Source of the DNA: a virus
Taxonomy: Duplodnaviria; Caudoviricetes
IMG/VR virus record: IMGVR_UViG_3300048579_000395
Coordinates: 1 to 44,030 of that record
Strand: one strand, 5' to 3'
Length of the DNA stretch: 44,030 bases
Shown here: positions 1 to 6,880 of the stretch, one piece after another
Layout: each line of letters opens with the position of its first letter
Numbering within the stretch: the stretch's first letter is position 1
The notes under the pieces: generated by a model
What the model saw: the letters and a program-made list of their open reading frames with translations, nothing else
What the model was told of the DNA's origin: nothing
The model's database searches: none
Program-made: the position numbers and the translations under genes

Positions 1-318
1 TCAGGTCGGCGTCGGCCTTGGCCTGATCGAGGAGGGCCTCGGCGGCCTTACGGCGCCGCCCGCGCGCAATCGGCGGGCCTCCTCGATCGCGGCGAGGACG
101 ATCGCCTTGCGGGCGCGCCGCTTGGCGGCGGCAAACGCCGTCTTGTTCTGCCCGCCGGCGCTCCTGCCATTGTCCACATAGGGCTTGCACCGGAAGGTTA
201 GAAAGAGCGGCGTCTCGCGCTCGTGAAGCTTGCCGCGCCATTTGACGTAGTCGCATAGCATCGCGGCGGCCGTCGGGTTCAAGGCGGCAGTGACGTCGAG
301 GCCGTTCTTGGTGCCGCG
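1..318 (-). pseudogene. 5'-truncated, frameshifted tyrosine integrase remnant
   Basis: Manual alignment to 3857-4175 (intact integrase) gives about 24 mismatches plus a 1-nt deletion near 58 over 318 nt; similarity stops abruptly at 318. Confidence 0.9.
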
Positions 319-340
319 GCCTGTCAGTTTCCTGTTAATG
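319..340 (+). repeat. Arm-type integrase binding repeat, copy 1 (GCCTGTCAGTTTCCTGTTAATG)
   Basis: 21/22 identical to 535-556; internal tandem CCTGT(C/T)A; the two copies flank the att core. Confidence 0.7.
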
Positions 341-424
341 ACATGGCGTTCGGATGCATTCGGCCGAGGATCTTCGAAATCTCCCAAAACCTTACAGAAA
401 TATCGATTTTTCGGGGCTTTGGGC

Positions 425-472
<48 letters not shown>

Positions 473-501
473 CGCGGATCAAGGGAGTGGTTAGGCCCGG
501 T

Positions 502-801
502 TTACGGGGCTTTCTGGCGTGCCGTTCGGTGGGCGCCTGTCAGTTTCCTGTCAATGCCGGGGCCGGTGGTCGGGTCCAGGAGGATGGTGGCGACGCGGGC
601 GTAATCGACCATGGCGGCCGAATAGGCGGCGCGGAGGTCGTCACTGGCGGTAGCGCCCGGACAGCCGAGCTGACCGAGCGCGCGGACGGCGGCGCGAAGC
701 CCGGAGGTGGGGGCCTGATTCGCCAACTGCGATCGTCCGGACAAAGTCGCGTCTGTCTGGGCCGGCGCACGGACGGGCTTCCTGGGGCGTTTGCGGGGCA
801 T
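502..801 (-). CDS. Hypothetical protein (doubtful; overlaps att arm)
   Basis: 99-aa ORF with AGGAAGG upstream, following the leftward operon. Confidence 0.35.
   Translation of the reverse strand: MPRKRPRKPVRAPAQTDATLSGRSQLANQAPTSGLRAAVRALGQLGCPGATASDDLRAAYSAAMVDYARVATILLDPTTGPGIDRKLTGAHRTARQKAP
535..556 (+). repeat. Arm-type integrase binding repeat, copy 2 (GCCTGTCAGTTTCCTGTCAATG)
   Basis: Direct repeat of 319-340. Confidence 0.7.
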
Positions 802-831
802 GGCGCCTTCCTGCGGGGGAGGTGTTCGGGT

Positions 832-1152
832 CTAGTCGCCGTTGCGGTCGGGGTCGTCGCGCCGGAAGGCCGGCGGAGCTTCGCGGCTGGGATTGAACAG
901 ATTGACCACCCGGGCGGGGCCAGGAAACGGCGTTGCCCGGGTGAGATTGGGGGTGGGGTCGGGTACGTGCCGGGCAATCACATATGACCCGTGCCGCAAA
1001 AGGATGCGCCGAGCGGGCCGCAGCCGCACGGCCGCCTCGAAGGCCCCGCGGGCAATCAAGGCATTGGTGGCCCGCGCCAGCACCTCGGCGATGGCGTTCT
1101 CGTCGTCCGTCCATTCCTCGACGGCGAAGGGGAGGTCGTCTCGGTCGCTCAT
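832..1152 (-). CDS. Hypothetical protein (MSDRDDLPFAVEEW...)
   Basis: ATG overlaps the stop of the upstream HTH gene (ATGA coupling); GAGG RBS. Confidence 0.7.
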   Translation of the reverse strand: MSDRDDLPFAVEEWTDDENAIAEVLARATNALIARGAFEAAVRLRPARRILLRHGSYVIARHVPDPTPNLTRATPFPGPARVVNLFNPSREAPPAFRRDDPDRNGD

Positions 1153-1418
1153 TTGCGCCTCGTGCGCTTGCCGAAGGTGGCGACGAATTCGGCGGCGATG
1201 ACCTCGGCCTCGGCGGCGGTGAGGTTGTGCTCGATCATGAGCGCGAGGGCGAGGGCGACCGCCGGCGGAATATCTAGCTCGCCGGCGATCCAACGTTGGA
1301 CCGTGCGAACGTCGACGCCGAAGAGGCGCCGGGCGGCGCCTCTCTGGGAAGCCTCAATCTTGTCGAGCGCCGCCGCCAGTTGCTCGGCGGTCAATCTCGG
1401 CAATTCGATGGGGGCCAT
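1149..1418 (-). CDS. Small XRE-type HTH regulator (Aca-like)
   Basis: SQRGAARRLFGVDVRTVQRWIAGE HTH followed by IPPAVALAL. Confidence 0.8.
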   Translation of the reverse strand: MAPIELPRLTAEQLAAALDKIEASQRGAARRLFGVDVRTVQRWIAGELDIPPAVALALALMIEHNLTAAEAEVIAAEFVATFGKRTRRK

Positions 1419-1419
1419 G

Positions 1420-1635
1420 TCAGGCGATCTCGCGGATGCGCCGGCGGTCGTCGGCTGAAAAATGGAACTGGTAGCTTTCGAGGGCGCGCTCGTCGGCGCC
1501 ATAGCGGAACAGTTGTACGATCAAGCAGCCTTCGGCGTCGAGCCGGATCGAGGTATTGTCGGCTTCGAGGAGCGTCTCGGCGGTCTCTTTGCCCCGGTGC
1601 TTGACGCGGACCACGCGCGAGGTGGTGTCGGTCAT
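1420..1635 (-). CDS. Hypothetical protein, 71 aa
   Basis: GAGGT RBS; tight spacing in operon. Confidence 0.7.
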   Translation of the reverse strand: MTDTTSRVVRVKHRGKETAETLLEADNTSIRLDAEGCLIVQLFRYGADERALESYQFHFSADDRRRIREIA

Positions 1636-1644
1636 GGCTGCACC

Positions 1645-2550
1645 TCAGTTGTCCCGGAGGAAATTTTCAATGTCGGCCCAACGTTCGGACGCCTGTACGA
1701 GGCTTTGCCGGCGGGCCTCCTCGGCGTCCTTTGCCTCGCGCCATGCGTCGAGATCGAGAATGCTCTCGATCGCCCGGGTAATGAGGGCGTCGATCACGGT
1801 CGGGTCGAGGGCGTCAAGCTCCCATGAGCTGTCACCGAACGCCGCGATATAGCCCTCTGCCCGGCTATCGGTATCTTTGGCCGGGTTCGGCGGCGGGTCG
1901 TATTCCTGCACCTGTTCCCAATTGAGGGCGAGTCGCCGGACCTCGACGTCGTGTCTCGCGAACATCGCCAAGCGGTCCGCATTGTCGCGGGTCATGTCGA
2001 TCCCGGACGGGTCGTGGTCGCCGAGGTGGAACACGATCGGACGGAAGCGCTCGCGACGTGCCTTCGCAAAGCGCTTGCCGGCGGCATATTGCTCCGACTG
2101 CGAGGTGTATCCGCGACAAGCGAAGTACGGCACGCGGAATCGATCGCACACGGGCTCGATGACGCCGAGGAGCGCATCCTTTTCGATCCAGATTTCCGGT
2201 CGGTATTTCTGATGCGACCAAAGGTCCTCGCGATAGGAGTTCGCGCACGCTTCCATGATGTCGGCCGGATCGTCCCACGTGGATACGCGGCGGACGTTGC
2301 GCGTGCGATCCTCAATCGCGGACCAGTCGACGAGGCCGGCGAGACGGGCATCGTTCACGATCGAGCCAAGGCGCTTGTACTCGGATTGCCGGTTGGGCAG
2401 GAGGTCGCGCGAGACGAACTGGTAATAGAGCTGTCGAAGCGTGAGGGTAAATCCCTGGCGTTGATATTCGTCGATGATCTGGTTGGCGTGTTCGATGATC
2501 GCCAAGCTTCCCTTGGTGAACTTGCGATCGATGAAGGCTTCGCGGGACAT
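1645..2550 (-). CDS. Spo11/Topo VI subunit A-like protein (winged helix plus Toprim)
   Basis: TLRQLYYQ winged-helix motif; Toprim motifs IWIEKDA, CRGY, GDHDPSGIDM; C-terminal WELDAL; GGAG RBS. Confidence 0.8.
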   Translation of the reverse strand: MSREAFIDRKFTKGSLAIIEHANQIIDEYQRQGFTLTLRQLYYQFVSRDLLPNRQSEYKRLGSIVNDARLAGLVDWSAIEDRTRNVRRVSTWDDPADIMEACANSYREDLWSHQKYRPEIWIEKDALLGVIEPVCDRFRVPYFACRGYTSQSEQYAAGKRFAKARRERFRPIVFHLGDHDPSGIDMTRDNADRLAMFARHDVEVRRLALNWEQVQEYDPPPNPAKDTDSRAEGYIAAFGDSSWELDALDPTVIDALITRAIESILDLDAWREAKDAEEARRQSLVQASERWADIENFLRDN

Positions 2551-2556
2551 GGTCGC

Positions 2557-2862
2557 TCACTCCTTCGCCGTCTCAAGATAGCCCGTAACCTCTTCGAAGC
2601 AGGTAGGCGGCTGGCCGGTGAATTCGTCGAGCGCCGATATCGCCTCATCGAGGGCGTCGATTGCGGCTTGCGCTTTCTCGCCGCGCTCGCCGTTCTGCGG
2701 ACCCTCCGGCATGCTGTCGAAAGACTCCTGTTCTTCGTCGCGGACCTCTTCGAGATCGGTCTTGATCTCCTCGGCCTCAGCGACGAGGCTTTCGATCTGT
2801 TCGTTGAGCTTGCTGATACGTTCGGCGACGGCATCGATCCGCTTGCGGCGTCCCTTGTTCAT
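2557..2862 (-). CDS. Acidic helical phage protein, 101 aa
   Basis: GAGGA RBS; basic N-terminus, about 27 D/E residues; first gene after promoter. Confidence 0.8.
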   Translation of the reverse strand: MNKGRRKRIDAVAERISKLNEQIESLVAEAEEIKTDLEEVRDEEQESFDSMPEGPQNGERGEKAQAAIDALDEAISALDEFTGQPPTCFEEVTGYLETAKE

Positions 2863-2906
2863 GTCCGCTTCCTCGTTGGCCGGGCACAATCGCCCATGCG
2901 GTTTCG

Positions 2907-2935
2907 ACTATACGGCTATTAGCCGTATACGGCAA
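2907..2935 (-). promoter_or_regulatory. Sigma70 promoter TTGCCG-N17-TATAGT with a perfect palindromic operator (2909-2929)
   Basis: TATACGGCTA-T-TAGCCGTATA covers the spacer and the -10 element. Confidence 0.75.
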
Positions 2936-3008
2936 GGCGCCGTAATTTGCGCCGAGCCGGAAAACCGGTGCACAATGACGCTGGTTTCGGGTTGGGGGTG
3001 GTCGGGCT

Positions 3009-3524
3009 ATGCGGCTGCAAACATCACGTCATACGGTCGCCGTCGCGGCCGTTCTCGCGGTACTCGCCGGCGCGCCGCCGGCGGCGGCGCAAGAGCGTAT
3101 CCAGACGTTCGGGCGATGGGTGCTCAAGACCGATGCGGACCGCTTCGGTGACGGTGCTACGGCGATTGCAATTGTCGCCAGGGTGGACGGCACCATGTTC
3201 GCAGCGCGGTGTATCACCGGCGATCTGTCACTCGCGGTTTCGACGGGGCGGCGCTCGTCGGAGATCAAGTCCGGCACGGCTTTCCAGGTCAAGTTTCGGG
3301 TCGACGAGCGGCCGGTGTTGGCGACCTATGCCATGGCCCTCAACGACTACATGATCGAGGTGGCGATCGAGCGCGAGATCATGGCTCAACTCGTCGACGC
3401 CAAAGAGGCGGCCTTGCGCTTCGAATCTCCGGCCGGGACCTCATGGGTGACGGTCTACGATGTGCGTGGCGGCCGAAAGCCGATCGAGCGCGTGCTCAAG
3501 GACTGTCCGGACAAGAAAAAGTAA
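3009..3524 (+). CDS. Secreted/periplasmic protein (moron-like)
   Basis: Sec signal peptide ending PPAAA|Q; oriented against neighbours; possible TTGCGC-N18-CACAAT promoter at 2947-2976. Confidence 0.75.
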   Translation: MRLQTSRHTVAVAAVLAVLAGAPPAAAQERIQTFGRWVLKTDADRFGDGATAIAIVARVDGTMFAARCITGDLSLAVSTGRRSSEIKSGTAFQVKFRVDERPVLATYAMALNDYMIEVAIEREIMAQLVDAKEAALRFESPAGTSWVTVYDVRGGRKPIERVLKDCPDKKK

Positions 3525-3537
3525 CGGCTCTATAGCC

Positions 3538-3563
3538 TTGCCGGCGTCGCCTCTTGCCGGCAA
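3538..3563. terminator. Hairpin between convergent genes
   Basis: TTGCCGGC-N10-GCCGGCAA; no clear U tract. Confidence 0.4.
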
Positions 3564-3644
3564 TCCGCCGCCAAATCTGTATTCGCCAAGTCTATCCGTG
3601 CGCCTGGCGGATCTCGAGCGAGCTCGCCGGCGCGTATTCGCGCC

Positions 3645-4946
3645 TCACGAAGACTTGCCTGGCTTGTATTCGCGCCCGATGCGCAAATCGTCGAGATCGG
3701 CGACGAGGCGGCGGCGGTGCTCCGGCATGTCGGCCGAGTAGCCGATCACCGAACGGATATCGAGCCATCCGCCTTGCTCCATGGCGGCGCGCGGATCGGC
3801 CCGCATCAGGCGGGTGGCGAGGAGGTGGCGGAACCAATGTTGGGTGACGCGGCCGATCAAGTCGGCATCAGACTTGGCCTGATCGAGGAGGGCCTCGGCG
3901 GCCTTGCGGCGCCCGGCCGCGCGCAAGCGGCGGGCCTCCTCGATCGCGGCGGCGACGATCGCCTTGCGGGCGCGCCGCTTGGCGGCGGCAAACGCCGTCT
4001 TGTTCTGGCCGCCGGCACTCTTGCCGTTGTCCACATAGGGCTTGCGCCGGAAGGTGAGAAACAACGGCGCCTCGCGCTCGTGAAGCTTGCCGCGCCATTT
4101 GACGTAGTCGCGCAAGATCGCGGCGGCGGTCGGGTTCAAGGCGGCGGTGACGTCGAGGCCGTTCTTGGTGCCGCGAAAAATGATCTGCTCGCGTCCGCGC
4201 GCGAGGATCAAGTCGCACACGCGGGCGCCATAGAGGATCGAGGACACGCGGGCGCCGGTCGACCATTCGACGGCGAGCTGTGCGCGGAGCGAAATATGGG
4301 CGCAATCGAACAGGGCCCGGATCAGGTCCGGCCGCAGGTCCTCGATCCGCCGCCGGGCGCGCCGATTGGGATTGCGGGCCGCCTTGTTGCGCTCGAACGT
4401 GGGCAGGGTGTCGAGGCCGTGGAACCGCTTGGCGAAGGCGAGGAAGCCGAGCGCGCCGGAGAGGAAGCGCTCGCGCGTCTCGGCCTTGTTGCCGGCCATG
4501 CGCCCGCCGTCGCCGTCGCTTCCGTCGATCCATTGGCGCCATTCGGTGGCGTCGATCTCGTTGAGGCGGCGCGGGCCGAAGTGGGCGACGATCTCGCGCA
4601 CGATGCGGATCGTCGAGGCGCCGAGCGGGCGGGCGCGCTTCGTGCCCAGATAAGCGGTCGCCGCTATGGCGACGGGGTCGCCTCGCCGGCGCTCGCCGCT
4701 CGCTTCGGCCTTGATGTCCGTGACGAGGTTTTCGAGGGCGATTTGGGCGTTGCGTTCGGACGTGGCCGCAACGGAAAGCTTAAGACTTTGTCGCAGGCGG
4801 ATTGCACGTCGGCCGGCGTAAATCGTGCCGTGGGCATGCCAGTAGCCATCGATTTCGACGAGGTGTGCTCCCCGACGAGGGCGCCGCCGGGCCGGCTTTC
4901 GCGCTCGATCGCCTCTTGCAACCTCGTCGCTGCCGCCTTGCTCCAT
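3645..4946 (-). CDS. int: Tyrosine recombinase (phage integrase); start uncertain
   Basis: Catalytic set R (TGARVSS), K (TKNG), HWFRH, W (GGW), Y (IGY). Confidence 0.9.
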   Translation of the reverse strand: MEQGGSDEVARGDRARKPARRRPRRGAHLVEIDGYWHAHGTIYAGRRAIRLRQSLKLSVAATSERNAQIALENLVTDIKAEASGERRRGDPVAIAATAYLGTKRARPLGASTIRIVREIVAHFGPRRLNEIDATEWRQWIDGSDGDGGRMAGNKAETRERFLSGALGFLAFAKRFHGLDTLPTFERNKAARNPNRRARRRIEDLRPDLIRALFDCAHISLRAQLAVEWSTGARVSSILYGARVCDLILARGREQIIFRGTKNGLDVTAALNPTAAAILRDYVKWRGKLHEREAPLFLTFRRKPYVDNGKSAGGQNKTAFAAAKRRARKAIVAAAIEEARRLRAAGRRKAAEALLDQAKSDADLIGRVTQHWFRHLLATRLMRADPRAAMEQGGWLDIRSVIGYSADMPEHRRRLVADLDDLRIGREYKPGKSS

Positions 4947-5095
4947 ATCCGCCGTTGCCCCCGGTAGACGTGAAAGTGAAAGCGCTGATCGTCGACGGGG
5001 CGCCGCGCATCGGCGGCAAGCCACCGATCGAGCGTGCGCGCGCCGACCCGCAGGAAGCGGCACACCTCGTCAAAGAGGAGGTCGCCATCGGCCAT
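4664..5095 (-). CDS. Excisionase-like HTH protein overlapping the int 5' end
   Basis: DEVCRFLRVGARTLDRW MerR/AlpA-like HTH, immediately upstream of int. Confidence 0.7.
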   Translation of the reverse strand: MADGDLLFDEVCRFLRVGARTLDRWLAADARRPVDDQRFHFHVYRGQRRIWSKAAATRLQEAIERESRPGGALVGEHTSSKSMATGMPTARFTPADVQSACDKVLSFPLRPRPNATPKSPSKTSSRTSRPKRAASAGEATPSP

Positions 5096-5096
5096 G

Positions 5097-5255
5097 TTAA
5101 TGGACCCTAGCGGGGAATGCTACGGGGGCGAATGCCGGGCCGGATAAGCTGTGCATGGCGCGCTCGGCCAGGACGCCGATCGCCGGCGCGCACGAGGTCG
5201 CGATCCAGGCGAGCGCGATCATGGTCAAAGCGATCCTGCGGGCGCGCTCGCTCAT
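5097..5255 (-). CDS. Small membrane protein
   Basis: Hydrophobic IALTMIALAWIA; ATGA overlap with upstream gene. Confidence 0.55.
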   Translation of the reverse strand: MSERARRIALTMIALAWIATSCAPAIGVLAERAMHSLSGPAFAPVAFPARVH

Positions 5256-5707
5256 GGCCGGCGCTCCGCACGGACGGGGGCGAACAGGTCGGCTTGTCCG
5301 GCGGGGGCGGGCGTCGCGACGAGGCCGCGGCGATGGGCGGCGACGCCGAGGCCGTGGGTCTGGGCGTCGTCCAGGAAGGCGAGGCCGGCGCGCGTGGTCG
5401 CGAACGCGTAGCGGTGCGACGCCACGAGGCTTTCGGCGGTGACCATCACGCCGGTGCCGCCGCGGGGCGTCTCGCGGGCGACGCACAGGATGACGAGGAA
5501 ACCATCGGCCGAGATCACCGCATCGCGATAGCCGGGCGCGCGCTCGGCATAGCGGATGGCGCACCGCATGGCGGCGCCGGCGGCGGCAATGGCCTTGGTG
5601 CGGGTGTTGCCGTCGGCGTGGTCGGCATAGCGCAGATAGTGGTGCGTCCTGGCCGCGTCCTCGATCGCGGCGACGAGTCCCGGCATGTCGTGGACGGTGG
5701 CGGTCAT
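5252..5707 (-). CDS. Hypothetical protein with near-C-terminal QADLF
   Basis: ATGA-coupled in the leftward early operon. Confidence 0.65.
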   Translation of the reverse strand: MTATVHDMPGLVAAIEDAARTHHYLRYADHADGNTRTKAIAAAGAAMRCAIRYAERAPGYRDAVISADGFLVILCVARETPRGGTGVMVTAESLVASHRYAFATTRAGLAFLDDAQTHGLGVAAHRRGLVATPAPAGQADLFAPVRAERRP

Positions 5708-5937
5708 GCCCGCCCCGCGGCGCTGCGGTGGTCGAAGGCGACGAAGGGGCCGCCGCCGTCGTCGGCACCGAGGAGGCGCAGCTCGACCGTGAAGCCGTTG
5801 CCGACCTCGGTCATGGCGGCGAACCAAGCGCGCGGATCGTCCGGCAACTTAAAGCTGCGGGCGATCAGAACGCGGCGGCCGGCGGCCGGCGTTGAGTAGA
5901 CGTCGAGGCAGAGGGTTGGGGCGATGTGAAGGGCCAT
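5704..5937 (-). CDS. Hypothetical protein, first gene of the leftward early operon
   Basis: 77-aa ORF directly after PL-like promoter. Confidence 0.65.
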   Translation of the reverse strand: MALHIAPTLCLDVYSTPAAGRRVLIARSFKLPDDPRAWFAAMTEVGNGFTVELRLLGADDGGGPFVAFDHRSAAGRA

Positions 5938-5961
5938 GCGTTCTTCACCACGTGGAACGCA

Positions 5962-5994
5962 TAGCACGTTACGCTAAACAAACTTGGTTCGCAA
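5962..5994 (-). promoter_or_regulatory. PL-like promoter TTGCGA-N17-TAACGT with operator TAGCACGTTACGCTA (5962-5976)
   Basis: 17-bp spacing; operator resembles the OR palindrome at 6856-6870. Confidence 0.6.
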
Positions 5995-6042
5995 GATTAG
6001 CGGATAACGGTGGTTCGCCGACCTGCTCGCCGAATATTGAGG

Positions 6043-6057
6043 GTTCGGAAGCGGTTC
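6043..6057. promoter_or_regulatory. Alphaproteobacterial LexA (SOS) box GTTC-N7-GTTC
   Basis: GTTCGGAAGCGGTTC at the cI stop, upstream of the leftward operon. Confidence 0.45.
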
Positions 6058-6814
6058 AATCCTCGCTATGCACAGCGTAGCGAACCCGGCCGACGAGCTC
6101 GACCGTCAACCCGGGAGGACCATCTAGAGGTAGCCACTCCTGGAATTCCGGGCTGGAGGACTCGTGCTTGAGGAAATAGCGGCCGTCCTCGTGACGGACC
6201 AAAAGCCGTACGCTTTCCTCGATCGTGCCGTCGGCGCGGGTGACCCTGACGTGATAGCGCTTGTTCTCCACGATCTCGTTCGGGCGGTTGGTGAGGCGGC
6301 TGATGACCACGACGGCGCCGGGCGGATAGCGCTGGTTCATGCCCTGTCCGCGGACTTCCCCGGCATAGAGCGAAAGGCCGAGAAGTTCTGGAACGTCCCG
6401 TATCAGGACGTCGAAACGTTCTTGTTCTTCAAGCATGGCGGTGTTCCCCCAAATGCCGGCTTGAAGCGCGCAAATGACTGTGACGCACCTCATGTCGGTA
6501 GCCGGTAGGGGAACAATTAACTCCGCCGGCGTGACCGATAGAACCGGGGCCAAGCGCGTCATCCAATCCTGGTTAAGAGCGATCTGCCCGACCGCGAGGC
6601 GCGCGATCGTGTTCTCGTGCACGGCCGGGCGGACGCGTTCGGCGATATCCGCATAGGTGAGGCCGCGGAGCGCGGACAGCTCGGCAATCCGGTTCGGGTA
6701 CTCGTCCCGAAGAAGCGTTTTCTTGCGACGGCGCGGCTTGGTGCTTTTCGGCATGGCTGGCGGGAACCGGTGGATCGGTTCGCCGCCATAGCCATCGGTG
6801 TGAAAAGCAACCAT
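6056..6814 (-). CDS. CI-like repressor (XRE HTH plus S24-like domain, catalytic residues degenerate); alternative start 6754
   Basis: HTH LTYADIAE...ENTIARLAVG; QAG cleavage-site region; EVRGQGMN, EESVRLL, LVGRVRY; divergent from cro. Confidence 0.85.
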   Translation of the reverse strand: MVAFHTDGYGGEPIHRFPPAMPKSTKPRRRKKTLLRDEYPNRIAELSALRGLTYADIAERVRPAVHENTIARLAVGQIALNQDWMTRLAPVLSVTPAELIVPLPATDMRCVTVICALQAGIWGNTAMLEEQERFDVLIRDVPELLGLSLYAGEVRGQGMNQRYPPGAVVVISRLTNRPNEIVENKRYHVRVTRADGTIEESVRLLVRHEDGRYFLKHESSSPEFQEWLPLDGPPGLTVELVGRVRYAVHSED

Positions 6815-6843
6815 TGCATACCGCGTTGATCGAAGCGAAGGGC

Positions 6844-6874
6844 TTGACGTTAGTCTAGCGAATCACGCTATACC
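6844..6874 (+). promoter_or_regulatory. PR-like promoter TTGACG-N17-GCTATACC with operator TAGCG-AATCA-CGCTA (6856-6870)
   Basis: Matches the alphaproteobacterial housekeeping promoter pattern; palindrome overlaps spacer and -10. Confidence 0.7.
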
Positions 6875-6880
6875 GATGCA

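Noticed and set aside
3769-4946. 14-bp repeat CCGCCTTGCTCCAT (MEQGG twice in int, 3769 and 4933)
   Set aside because: Single short match in GC-rich coding DNA with no supporting structure; probably chance.
5938-6880. CtrA boxes (TTAA-N7-TTAA) in control regions
   Set aside because: Only isolated TTAA half-sites were found on manual reading.
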